This document shows positions 10,356-22,121 of a stretch of 64,000 nucleotides of DNA, piece after piece. The stretch spans positions 32,001-96,000 of the forward strand of contig CAWGMA010000004.1 of NCBI GenBank assembly GCA_963823555.1. The letters are read 5' to 3'. The stretch is from Candidatus Eiseniibacteriota bacterium (GTDB lineage Bacteria > Eisenbacteria > RBG-16-71-46 > CAVPCR01). Under the pieces are notes generated by a model. That model had not been told where the DNA came from. It searched no databases and saw only the letters and a program-made list of their open reading frames with translations. Every line of letters starts with the position of its first letter. Position 1 is the stretch's first letter. Position numbers and translations under genes: made by a program.

Positions 10356-10366
10356 GACAGGGAGCG

Positions 10367-10403
10367 AAAAAGAGCCGGCGGGGATCCACTCCCCGCCGGC
10401 TCT
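10367..10403 (-). terminator. Intrinsic terminator, possibly bidirectional
   Basis: 14-bp stem AGAGCCGGCGGGGA/TCCCCGCCGGCTCT with a T-tract on the minus strand, between convergent genes. Confidence 0.8.
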
Positions 10404-10430
10404 CATCTCGCCGTTCTGGCGCTGCGTCGT

Positions 10431-11471
10431 CTAGCGGTACCGCGACTTGATCTGTCCCCAGGTGCTCTCCTCGACCGGGGACAGGCAGACCCCGACGAAG
10501 GGAGGCGGGGCGATGATGTGGAAGTCGGCCGGCTGGCCGATCGTGCCGCAGCCCACATCCAGATTCAGGTCGGAGTAGATCACGTAGTTCGCTCCACCCT
10601 CGACCAGGGCCAGCCCCCAGGGCCGGTTCGAGCTCTGGCCGGGGCCAACGCACGGCGTGTTGGCGATCGAGCAATCCCCGAGCAGGGTCACGCCTTCGGT
10701 GGTCGCCGACGGGTTGTCGTCCTGGAACACGACCATCTGCGTGTCGCCGAGATTGTTCGAATCCTGGCGCATGGCGAGGAGCGTGCAGTCCTGACTGTTG
10801 TACTCGAGCCCGGCCGAGCTGACCGCGCTGGGGCCGCCCGGCCACGGCGTGTCGAACGGTCCCTGGGTGAGCACGGGCGGATCCTGGTTGATGTCGATCT
10901 CGACGAATCGCGAGAGGGTTCCGGTCGGGTTGTTGCGCAGGATGCCCCACAGGTGGCCGTTCGCGGCATCCATCGCGAGACCCGAGAACTGCATGTCGAG
11001 TCCGGTGTCCGGATCCGGGAAGCTATAGGTCCCGATCACATTGAAGGTGGCGTCCAGATGGTAGAGCTTCGGCAGCTGGGGTCCGGTGGCGCTGTACCAC
11101 GTTCCCACCCAGGAGTCGCCCTCGCCGATGCCCCAGGCGAACCCACGGGTCAGGGGGCCCGGGAAGTCGGGTCCGGTGATATCGGTCACAACCGGCGAAC
11201 TGCAGATGCCATCGATGACGATGATGCTGTTGACCGTTGTGACGAAGCCAACCTGGCCGTTGGGATTCCATTCCCCGTCGGCGATGTAGCCACCGCCGGC
11301 GGCCGTCAGATCCCATTCCCCGCAGTAGACATCATCCGTGCAGGGAGCGGCAGAGAACATCGGTACTCCCGGAGCGGGGTCCCCCGGGCTGTGCATGTCC
11401 GTGGCCATGGCGGCGCCGGCCAGCGCCATCACGGCGGTCGCGATTCCGATCGCAAACAAGATCCTCATCAT
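10431..11471 (-). CDS. Secreted Cys-containing, probably beta-rich hypothetical protein ending in VEESTWGQIKSRYR
   Basis: AGGAGG RBS, Sec-type signal peptide, GC3-biased codons, acidic. Confidence 0.85.
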   Translation of the reverse strand: MMRILFAIGIATAVMALAGAAMATDMHSPGDPAPGVPMFSAAPCTDDVYCGEWDLTAAGGGYIADGEWNPNGQVGFVTTVNSIIVIDGICSSPVVTDITGPDFPGPLTRGFAWGIGEGDSWVGTWYSATGPQLPKLYHLDATFNVIGTYSFPDPDTGLDMQFSGLAMDAANGHLWGILRNNPTGTLSRFVEIDINQDPPVLTQGPFDTPWPGGPSAVSSAGLEYNSQDCTLLAMRQDSNNLGDTQMVVFQDDNPSATTEGVTLLGDCSIANTPCVGPGQSSNRPWGLALVEGGANYVIYSDLNLDVGCGTIGQPADFHIIAPPPFVGVCLSPVEESTWGQIKSRYR

Positions 11472-11659
11472 GGCCTCCTTCTGAGACAGAAAATCGGCCC
11501 TACATGGCTCGCCTGCGTTATCGGTGCTTGGGCGGAGGTGCTTGACCCGGAAGTCAGGCAGTCGCCGGGGAATATACCCCCGGACCCGGGTCGGGGGGAT
11601 GGAATCTGGAAATCCTGGAGGGGGCGACCACTCGCTGCCCCGACGCCGGCCACTCCATC

Positions 11660-11665
11660 TATAAT
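11660..11665 (+). promoter_or_regulatory. -10 box TATAAT six nt before the ATG (leaderless transcript candidate)
   Basis: TATAAT-GCGGCG-ATG with no SD sequence. Confidence 0.55.
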
Positions 11666-11671
11666 GCGGCG

Positions 11672-12295
11672 ATGGCCTCGATTGGAGCCGGAAAGAAAGG
11701 TGGATCGGGCTTCCGGGCGGCGGCCCTCGACGTCGCGGGCCTGCCCGACGACGCCCTCGTCGCCCGCTGCCGCGCCGGGGAGGGGCGGGCGTGGGAGGCC
11801 ATCGTCCGCCGTTACCGCCGGCTCGTCTATGCGATTCCGGTGCGCTTCGGCCTCGCTCCGGAGGAGGCCGACGATGTTTTCCAGAGCACCTTCGTGCGCC
11901 TCGTGGAGCGGCTGGACACCCTGCGGGAGCCGAGGCGGCTCCGCGCCTGGCTCGTCACCACCGCCCGCCGTCTGAGTCTTGATGCGGTGACGCGCCGCAA
12001 GGCCGCCTCCGAGAGCGAAGCGATCCTGGCGGCGATTCCCGATCCGGGCCCGATGGCCGAAGAGGAGCTGTCTCGCCTCGAGGAGCAGCATCTGGTGCGC
12101 CGGGCCTTCGAGCGGCTTCCCGAGCGCTGCCGGACCCTGCTCGATCTCCTCTACTACGCCGCGGACGAGCCATCCTACGAGTTGATCGGTGCTCGCCTCC
12201 AGATGCCGCTCGGCTCGATCGGGCCCACGCGGGCGCGTTGCCTCGAGAAGCTGCTCCGTCTCTACGAGGAGTTCGCCGCCGGGGAGGAAGGCTGA
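11672..12295 (+). CDS. ECF sigma-70 factor
   Basis: AWEAIVRRY, ADDVFQ, RAWLVTTARR, SYELIG..MPLGSIGPTRARCLEKL. Confidence 0.92.
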   Translation: MASIGAGKKGGSGFRAAALDVAGLPDDALVARCRAGEGRAWEAIVRRYRRLVYAIPVRFGLAPEEADDVFQSTFVRLVERLDTLREPRRLRAWLVTTARRLSLDAVTRRKAASESEAILAAIPDPGPMAEEELSRLEEQHLVRRAFERLPERCRTLLDLLYYAADEPSYELIGARLQMPLGSIGPTRARCLEKLLRLYEEFAAGEEG

Positions 12296-12434
12296 TGGCC
12301 GACGCCTGGGGCGGGGGTATTTTCGCGGCCGGAGGCCGGTCTGTCGGTTGCTGGAAGGCCCCTGTGGCTGGGGATCCGCGCTCGGTCTGAGAGCGAGAGC
12401 CAAGAGAAATCGTGTCCCTGGGAATGATCATCCG

Positions 12435-13088
12435 ATGAAGCACGCTTCCATCGCCGAACTTCTGGATCACGCCGAAGGGCGGTCCGAGGCAAGTCTCCGC
12501 GCGAGCCTCGAGGAGCACCTGGCCCGCTGTGCCGAGTGTGCGGCCGAGCTCGACACCGTCCGACGTTTGACGGGGCTGATGCGAGCCGATCGGACTCCTG
12601 AGCCGCCGGAGTCCCTGGTCCGCGCCGCAGTCCATCTCTTCCAGCCGGAAGCCCTTTCTGCCCGGGTCCGGGCCTGGCTCGGGGATCTGACCGCGACGGT
12701 TGCCCGGCTGGTCTTCGATTCCAGCGCGCAGCCGGCATTCGCGGCGGCCCGCGGCACGCCCGCGGCGCGGCGGCTGCGGTTCGCCGCCGAGGGACTCGAG
12801 CTCGACCTCGAGATCGATCGACGCGGTGGCCGGTCCCATCTTACCGGCCAGCTGACAAGACACTCCGGCACCGCCGTGGAAGCCCTGGCTGGGGCTCGCT
12901 ATCTCGTCTTCGCCGGGGACTCACCGCTGGTCGAGGGCACGACGGACGCCCTCGGCGAGTTCACGGCCACCATCGATGATCGGCCGGGACTCTCCCTCAT
13001 GGCCGCCACTGAGCAGCGCGCCGTCCGGTTCCCGTTGCCGACCGGCCTCGCCGCCGAGGACGCCACCGCCGAATCCGGCGGCGAGTGA
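12435..13088 (+). CDS. Putative zinc-finger (HxxxCxxC) anti-sigma factor, soluble
   Basis: HLARCAEC near N-terminus; ARLVFDS motif; no obvious TM helix. Confidence 0.75.
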   Translation: MKHASIAELLDHAEGRSEASLRASLEEHLARCAECAAELDTVRRLTGLMRADRTPEPPESLVRAAVHLFQPEALSARVRAWLGDLTATVARLVFDSSAQPAFAAARGTPAARRLRFAAEGLELDLEIDRRGGRSHLTGQLTRHSGTAVEALAGARYLVFAGDSPLVEGTTDALGEFTATIDDRPGLSLMAATEQRAVRFPLPTGLAAEDATAESGGE

Positions 13089-13092
13089 ACCC

Positions 13093-15960
13093 ATGGCCGC
13101 GACCGGGCTCGCCGGATCCGTTCTCGCCGCTCCGTCCACGGCAGCGGCCGCGACCCTGGCCACGTCCCTGGATCAGGCGACTCGCTCCTCGCTCGTCGAG
13201 GAACTCGCCGCGGAGGTGCTCCGCCTCATTCGCGTCGATCCGCAGCAGGCGCTCGTCGTGGCCGAGCGACAAGCCGCGATCGCGTGTGGTCACGAGAGGC
13301 TGGAGGCGCGAGCCACATGGTCACGGGCCCACGCGCTGGTGAACCTGGCGCGGCCGGCCGAGGCCGCCGACCACTATGCGCGCGCCGCGGTGGCCTATCG
13401 CCACCTCGGCGATCCCGTGGTCGCCGCGCGGACCGCCCTCGGTCACGTCGACGCGCTCATGTACCTGGGTCGCTACGACGAGGCGATCACGGTCGGAAAG
13501 TCCGCGCGGCGCGTGCTCCAGCGCCACGGCGAGGTCCGCTCCCTGTTTCGCCTCGACACCAATCTCGCCAATATCCTCCATCGCGTCGATCGTCCGGCCG
13601 CGGCGCTCAGAGCCTATGACCGTGCGCTCGCGAGCGCACGGGGCCTCGGCGACGAGGCGGCATCCCGCTGGATTCGCTTCAACCGCGCCAATGTGCTGAC
13701 CAGTCTTGGTAGGTACGAGCGGGCCGACGCCACCTATCGCGAGGTCCGCCAGGAGGCCGAGAGTGCCGGCGAGACCCGCGTGGTCGCCCTCGTCGATTAC
13801 AGCCTTGGCTATCTGCGACTGCAGCGCAGCGAATACGGGCAGGCCTTCGCGACCCTGGACTCGGCGCGCGCCGCCTTCGAATCGCTCGGCGATGCGCATT
13901 ATCTGGCCCTCTGTCATCTCGATCTCGCTGAGCTCTTTCTCGAGATCAACAGCTTCGTCCGCGCCCGGCAGCAGGCCAGTCGGGCCCGCTCGCTCTTCTC
14001 CCGCGCCGGACTGCGCTACGAGAGCGCGAAAGCCACCCTGTTCCTGGGCGTCGCCACGCTCGGTCTCGGCGATGACAAGCCGGCGCTCCTCCTGCTGCGT
14101 GAGGCGGCCCGTGCCTTCAGGCGGGAAGGGAACCGCGTTTCGGAGGCGCTGTGCGGTCTCTATGCCGGCGAGGTCGCGCGCCGAGCAGGTCAGGTGCGGC
14201 TGGCCGAGAACCGCTTCCGCGCCGCCGAGGAGCGCTTCGCCGCTGAGAAGTTCCGGCTCCGCGCCGCCGCGGCGGCGTTGCGCCGGGCCCGGCTCGCCAT
14301 CCAGCACCGGGAGCGCGTGCGCGCCGAGCGCCACCTTGGCGACGCGCGACGCTTCCTGCGCGGGCTCGATTCCCCGTGGCTGCGCGCCCAGCACGACCAT
14401 CTGCGCGGACGGATTCACCTGCAAGAGGGCCGGTTTGGACCCGCGTTCCGTGAGGTGCGGCGGGCGATCGACGGCATCGAAACCGCCAGGCGGCGGATCG
14501 GGCTCGACGAGTTCCGGGTGAGCTATGCCGCCGACAAGGCGCCGGTGTATGCCGACATGGTCGAGATCATCCTGCGTTCGCGCCCGGGTCCGCGCGCTGT
14601 GAGCGAGTCCTTTGCCGTCGTCGAGCGCGCTCGCTCCCGGGCGCTGGTGGATCTCCTCGCCGGGCGTCTCGCCGGCGCCGGTGACCGCCTCGATCCGGCG
14701 GGACGCCGGCTACTCAGCCGGCTCGATCAGCTCAAGGGTGAGTTGAGCTGGCTTGCCGGCGCCGAACTGGGTGAACCGGGTCGCCGCAACGAGGCGCGCC
14801 TGGCCCGCTCGCGTGCAGCCCTCCGTGCCCGCGAGGCGGAGATCGCCGACATCATGCAACGCCTGGCGCGAAGGAGCGCCGACCTGGGTGCGCTCACTCA
14901 AGGAGAGACGATCACTCTCCAAGATGTGCAGTCGCGCTTGACCGCCGGCAGCGTCCTGGTCGAGTACTACCTGGCCGGAGAGGAAGCGCGGGCGTTCATC
15001 GTCGAGAAGGACCGAGCTCGGGTCGTCACGCTCGACGGAGCTCCGGCCGAGATCGCCGCGGCGATCGAGCGGCTCCGCTTCCAGATCGAGAAGTGGGGTT
15101 ACGGAGACGCCTATGCGCGGGGACGGGAAGCCCTGTTCCTGGCCGGTGTCCGGCACCACCTGGACAAGCTGGCCGAGCTCGTCTGGCGCCCGCTCGACAT
15201 CGACGCGGGCCGTCTCGTCATCGTCCCCCATGGCTGTCTCCACTCGCTACCCTTCCCGGCCCTGCCCGTGGACGATCGGGGTGTGAAGGATGGCGGGAAG
15301 GTCCTCGTCGACCAGGCCGAGATCACCATCCTGCCGAGCGCCAGCACGATCCGTTACTTGCGTCAGGGCGCATATGACGACGAATCGCCGTCCGCTCTCG
15401 TCATTGGCGTGGAGGACGAGCGGATTCCCAAGGTGCGCGAGGAAGTGGAACGCGTACGGTCGCTGTTTCCGGGAGCGCGGGTGCTCCGCAATCGCGAGGC
15501 CACGCTGACCGCCTTCGCCACGGCCGCGCCGACCGCCGATTTTCTGCACATCGCGGCCCATGGCATCTTTCGCGAGGATGATCCGCATTTCTCGGCGCTC
15601 CGTCTCGCCGATGGCTGGCTCAGCCTGTACGACCTGTATGCCCTCAGGCTCCGGGCGCGGCTTGCCGTGCTCTCCGCCTGTCAGAGCGGGCGCAGCTGGG
15701 TCGGCGGTGGCGACGAGATGGTGGGGCTGGTGCGGGGGTTCCTCTTCGCCGGCGCGGAGTCCCTGCTCGTGAGCCTATGGCCGGTCCATGACACGACCAC
15801 CGCCGATCTGATGGGCGCCTTCTATCGGGCCTTGCGTCAGGGGGAGCCTGCCTCCGCGGCGCTGCGCAGCGCGATGCGTGCCGTGCGCGACGAGCATCCG
15901 CATCCCTATCACTGGGCCTCGTTCACGCTCATCGGTCCGGGCGGCGCGCTCGCGGTCTGA
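13093..15960 (+). CDS. TPR-repeat plus CHAT (caspase-like) domain protease
   Basis: Helical repeats; ERARSRAL, IVPHGCLHSLPF, LHIAAHG, LSACQSG, LVSLWPV, HPYHWASF. Confidence 0.92.
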   Translation: MAATGLAGSVLAAPSTAAAATLATSLDQATRSSLVEELAAEVLRLIRVDPQQALVVAERQAAIACGHERLEARATWSRAHALVNLARPAEAADHYARAAVAYRHLGDPVVAARTALGHVDALMYLGRYDEAITVGKSARRVLQRHGEVRSLFRLDTNLANILHRVDRPAAALRAYDRALASARGLGDEAASRWIRFNRANVLTSLGRYERADATYREVRQEAESAGETRVVALVDYSLGYLRLQRSEYGQAFATLDSARAAFESLGDAHYLALCHLDLAELFLEINSFVRARQQASRARSLFSRAGLRYESAKATLFLGVATLGLGDDKPALLLLREAARAFRREGNRVSEALCGLYAGEVARRAGQVRLAENRFRAAEERFAAEKFRLRAAAAALRRARLAIQHRERVRAERHLGDARRFLRGLDSPWLRAQHDHLRGRIHLQEGRFGPAFREVRRAIDGIETARRRIGLDEFRVSYAADKAPVYADMVEIILRSRPGPRAVSESFAVVERARSRALVDLLAGRLAGAGDRLDPAGRRLLSRLDQLKGELSWLAGAELGEPGRRNEARLARSRAALRAREAEIADIMQRLARRSADLGALTQGETITLQDVQSRLTAGSVLVEYYLAGEEARAFIVEKDRARVVTLDGAPAEIAAAIERLRFQIEKWGYGDAYARGREALFLAGVRHHLDKLAELVWRPLDIDAGRLVIVPHGCLHSLPFPALPVDDRGVKDGGKVLVDQAEITILPSASTIRYLRQGAYDDESPSALVIGVEDERIPKVREEVERVRSLFPGARVLRNREATLTAFATAAPTADFLHIAAHGIFREDDPHFSALRLADGWLSLYDLYALRLRARLAVLSACQSGRSWVGGGDEMVGLVRGFLFAGAESLLVSLWPVHDTTTADLMGAFYRALRQGEPASAALRSAMRAVRDEHPHPYHWASFTLIGPGGALAV

Positions 15961-16041
15961 CGCTGCGCTCGTGGTCCCCGGCTGCGCCTCTCCGCGGTCG
16001 CGCTCCTCAGCGGTCGCGCTGTCCTCCGCGGCTGTGCTCGC

Positions 16042-18206
<2,165 letters not shown>

Positions 18207-18210
<4 letters not shown>

Positions 18211-18998
18211 GCCCGGGATCCTATCGTGTGTCCGCCCTGAGGCAACGGGCTTTGCTCGATGAGCAGCCGGGGACGGAACCCCGCCGCATCGCAGGATGCG
18301 AGCACGTAACGCACGCCGTCTTGTTCACCGACGAAGCCGAGCGGGATCCCGGGTCCGTGTAGATGTCCGTAGACGCAGACGCGAGGCCGGTAGGCGGTAA
18401 TCGTGGGGGAGAAGGCCGTGGGCCGGGCATCGGCATAGAGCGGCGGAAAGTGCATGCAGGCGATGCGTACCGAGCCCGGATCGCGTGCCATCCCCTCGGC
18501 CGCAGCGACACTGCGCTTGAGCCGCTCGGCGTCGCGAGCGACGAGATCCGGGCGATAGCTCTCGAGTCCCATCTCACCCTCTGCTCCCGGCCCCACGGCG
18601 AGCGCTGGGGCCTCGGCCGCCGTCCAGCCCCTGACCCCTGCGATCACGTACGGCCCCTCGCGGTGGGCGCTGCCGTGGTGCAGGAAGCCGGTGAACGAAG
18701 GAAACGGGGCGAAGAGTTCACGGAGTTTGGTCCGGCTCGCCGGCCACCAGTGATCGTGGTTCCCCTGGAGGAGGACCTTGCGCCCGGGGCGGGCATCGAT
18801 CCAGGCCAGGTCATCGAGCGCCTCGGCCGGGCGGGTGGCCCAGGAGATGTCGCCGATCACGAGCACCACGTCCGCAGGCGCAACCGCTTCGTCCCAGGCT
18901 TGAGCCAGGGGCGCGGGATGGCCGCTCCAGCCGAAGCGGTCCATGTCCTTGCCCCGGGCGGACGGCAGGTGGAGATCACCGATGGCAAACAGACGCAC
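18207..18998 (-). CDS. Metallophosphoesterase (calcineurin-like)
   Basis: DLHL, GDISW, GNHD, MHFPP, YGHLH. Confidence 0.9.
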
Positions 18999-19037
18999 GG
19001 CGGGAGTCTATCCTGACGGCGGCGCAAGAGGAAGGTG

Positions 19038-21779
19038 CTACAGGCTCCACCAGTAGCTCACCTTGACGAGCACGGTATGAGTGGCCTCGGCCTCCATGAG
19101 AGTCTTCAAGTCATCCGCCGGATGGAACTCGCCGAAGCTCGACCCGCTCCCGCGCTGGTGCTGGTAGACGAGGAACAGGGTCGATCCGGGCCTGTATTCC
19201 CAGCGCAAGACCGCGTTGCCGAGTAGCTCCTGGAAGCTGAAGTCGGGATTGTCGAACGTGAAGTCGTCCGTCCCGTCCTGGTCGAGGTCGACGGTGTAGG
19301 TATCCCCGTCGAACTCGAGGCGGCCGCCGCCGACCGGCCCGAAGTAGTCGAAACGGTCGTGATAGTAGGGATTGCGCGGGTCGACCACCCGCCGGAAGTC
19401 GGTGTACTGCCCCGCCGAGAGGTAGGGGGCGACGTAGGCCTGGAGGCTCACCTCGGGCGTGAACGTCCAGTTGATGCGTGCGGTCACGCCGAGCGTCTGC
19501 TGCACCAGCTGGGCCATCACGTACTGCGGCTCGCCGGACGCCTCTTCCTCCGAGATGTACTGCCAGTCGTCATCGAGGAACTCGTAGCTCGGGCTCAGGC
19601 CGAGATCCAGGTTGGAGGCGATGCGGAACACGACCTCGGTCTCGCCTCCCGCCGAGAAGGCGTGGCCTGGCGGCTGATGCCACACCCAGCTGTCGAGCTG
19701 CATGCTCGCCCTCTTCCGCGTATCGGTCGAGAAGCCGGCCCAGGCGTTGTAGTTCGGCGGGCGGATCATCGCCGGTCCGCCGCGCAGGGCGTTCGTGTGG
19801 AGCGCCTCTCCCCCGTAGGCGATTCCCGCCCACGCGTTCCAGTAGTTGCTGAACTGGAGGTTGCCATTGACGTTCCCGCTCAGATCGAGCTTCTCGCCAC
19901 CGAAGTTGGTCTTGTAGGCCAGGTTCAGGTTGACGCTGCGGCGCCGCAGGACCTGCCCGCGATCGAAGTTCTGGTGCCCCAGCCAGAGACCGGTACCGAT
20001 CTCATCGGCCCGGCGCTGGAATCCGAGATCATTGATCTCGAGATCGGGCGAGCGCATCTGGAAGTAGGTCGAGCCGCGCCAGCGTCCGGAGAACCGGCCG
20101 AGCTCGGCCATGGCGAAGCTCCCGGTCAGGGACGTGGCGCTCGAATCGACGGCGACATGCGGGGCGTCGGGGCGCTGGTAGTAACGCCGAGAGCTGCGTT
20201 GCGTGGCGATGAGGGCGGTCGTCGAGCCGCGCACGTGGGACACGGCGAACTTGCCGTTGAGGGTCCACTCGCGATGGAGAAAGCGGTGGTGGAGATCGGC
20301 GCCGGCCGCATAGCCGGCCGAGTGCAGCCAGTCGAGGTCGGTGCCGCCGAGCTGCCGGTTGGTCGCGGTGGCAATGCCTCCGACGACGGTCTGCCCGGCG
20401 CGGAAGTCGCGCGCCACGCGTCCCACCAGATAGTTGGAGAACGGTTCGACGACGACCAGGTCGCGCCTCCCGTCCTCGTTGCGGATCTCCGCCGTCTCCT
20501 CCTGGGTGACGGCCTCGACGAGCCCGAAGGAGAGTCCGCTCGCAATCTTGCCCGACACCTTGGCCGCGCCGAGAATCGTCGTGTTGTCCGGGTAGTCGAC
20601 GTAATCGCCGTCCGCGTCTCCTTGTGGGGCGCGGCCGATGCGGCGGGTGTAGAAGAGCGGCTCGCTGGCGCCGTCGCCGATCGTGAGCCCATAGCGGAAC
20701 TTGTCGGTACCTTCGAGAAAGAACGGGCGCCGCTCCGCATAGAACGTCTCGAACTCGGAGAGATTGATGACTGACGGGTCGGCCTCGACCTGCCCGAAGT
20801 CCGGGTTCACGGTCGCGTCGAGCGTGATGTCGCTCGCGATCCCGTACTTGAGGTCGAGGCCGACCCGTCCCCAGACATCACCGCCGTCGTTGAAGGGATC
20901 CCCCTCTTCCCGGGGATACGATTTGCCCCCAGCCACGGTGTAGGGGAGAAGCTCGATGCGGTGCGGCGGCTCGATGCCGTGAATGCCGTCGAGTTCGCCG
21001 TACTCGCTCACCCAGCGATCGGCTTCCTTGGAGATGGGTTTCCAGAGCGTATGCTCGTTCTTGCGGGCGATGTAGCGCGCGATCTGAATGCCCCACGGGT
21101 GATCCTCGCGGGTGGTGAAGCGGAGCTGGCTGAAGGGGATTCGATACTCCGCGCACCAGCCGTCGTCCTGGATGGCGGTGGCCACATCCCACACCGCATC
21201 CCAGGTTTCATCCTCGCCGGTGTCGTCATAGCGATAGACATCCCGTTTCACGCCGACCGGGTTGACCTCGAAGTCGAATGCGGTCCGCCGGTCGCCGAAG
21301 GAGTCGAGCGACACCGAGAGCCAGTCGGAGTCGCTCGATTCGTCCCGCCGCGTGAGGAGGCCGACGATGCGCTCGGGTTCGCTGTCGTAGGCGTGGACGC
21401 CGACATAGACGGCCTCCTCGTCATACAGGATGCGGGCCTCGGTCCGCTCGCTCGCCGGTTGTCCCTCCTCGGGATCGCGCTGGATGAACCCGTCGAGCGG
21501 TGAGCCCTGGGCCCAGGCCTCGTCATCGAGGTGGCCATCGAGGTGCGGCGGCTTGATGCCGTCGAGCCGCGTGATGAGATGCGCATAGCGGAGCGGCGGG
21601 GGCGGCAGGGTGGCTGGGGGCAGATCGAGCGCCGCCGCCTGGACCTCGCGATCGGCTCGGGGTTCATCCTCGGTGGCGGGCAGTGCCCGTGAGGCTGCCG
21701 CGAAGGAGGCGACAGCGATCAATCCCAGGGTTGCGGGCCGCAACAAGCCGCGACCATCTCGGTTGCGCATGCCGGACAT
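19038..21779 (-). CDS. CBM9-like domain plus DUF5916 outer-membrane protein (start uncertain)
   Basis: LDGHLDDEAW, EYRIPFSQLRF, TVNPDFGQVEAD, ERRPFFLEG, RWEYRPGS, terminal KVSYWWSL. Confidence 0.85.
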   Translation of the reverse strand: MSGMRNRDGRGLLRPATLGLIAVASFAAASRALPATEDEPRADREVQAAALDLPPATLPPPPLRYAHLITRLDGIKPPHLDGHLDDEAWAQGSPLDGFIQRDPEEGQPASERTEARILYDEEAVYVGVHAYDSEPERIVGLLTRRDESSDSDWLSVSLDSFGDRRTAFDFEVNPVGVKRDVYRYDDTGEDETWDAVWDVATAIQDDGWCAEYRIPFSQLRFTTREDHPWGIQIARYIARKNEHTLWKPISKEADRWVSEYGELDGIHGIEPPHRIELLPYTVAGGKSYPREEGDPFNDGGDVWGRVGLDLKYGIASDITLDATVNPDFGQVEADPSVINLSEFETFYAERRPFFLEGTDKFRYGLTIGDGASEPLFYTRRIGRAPQGDADGDYVDYPDNTTILGAAKVSGKIASGLSFGLVEAVTQEETAEIRNEDGRRDLVVVEPFSNYLVGRVARDFRAGQTVVGGIATATNRQLGGTDLDWLHSAGYAAGADLHHRFLHREWTLNGKFAVSHVRGSTTALIATQRSSRRYYQRPDAPHVAVDSSATSLTGSFAMAELGRFSGRWRGSTYFQMRSPDLEINDLGFQRRADEIGTGLWLGHQNFDRGQVLRRRSVNLNLAYKTNFGGEKLDLSGNVNGNLQFSNYWNAWAGIAYGGEALHTNALRGGPAMIRPPNYNAWAGFSTDTRKRASMQLDSWVWHQPPGHAFSAGGETEVVFRIASNLDLGLSPSYEFLDDDWQYISEEEASGEPQYVMAQLVQQTLGVTARINWTFTPEVSLQAYVAPYLSAGQYTDFRRVVDPRNPYYHDRFDYFGPVGGGRLEFDGDTYTVDLDQDGTDDFTFDNPDFSFQELLGNAVLRWEYRPGSTLFLVYQHQRGSGSSFGEFHPADDLKTLMEAEATHTVLVKVSYWWSL

Positions 21780-22121
21780 TCCTCGATCCCCGGGCCGAGT
21801 TCCACCTGCGGACCAGCCGGATGCGCGCCATGCGTCGGATCCGGCGCTGCTTCGAGGGACCCCAATCCTCACTAGACGGAGGGGGGGCCGTCATTGTTCG
21901 CTGTCTGGCTGGTGAACGAATCCCCAGCACTGGGGCCTCGCCGTGGCCCCGGGGGGAAGGTATGATTTCTCGTATCTAGTATCACCCATCGGCCGGCGGC
22001 GTCCGTATGACAGCCCAAAGACGCCTCCGGTGGGATCGCCGACCCACCGCCCCCCCCGGTCGCGCCGCCAGCACTACCTGGCAGGCTTCCCCCAGCCTGC
22101 AGGTTCCCGAGGTGTAAGACA

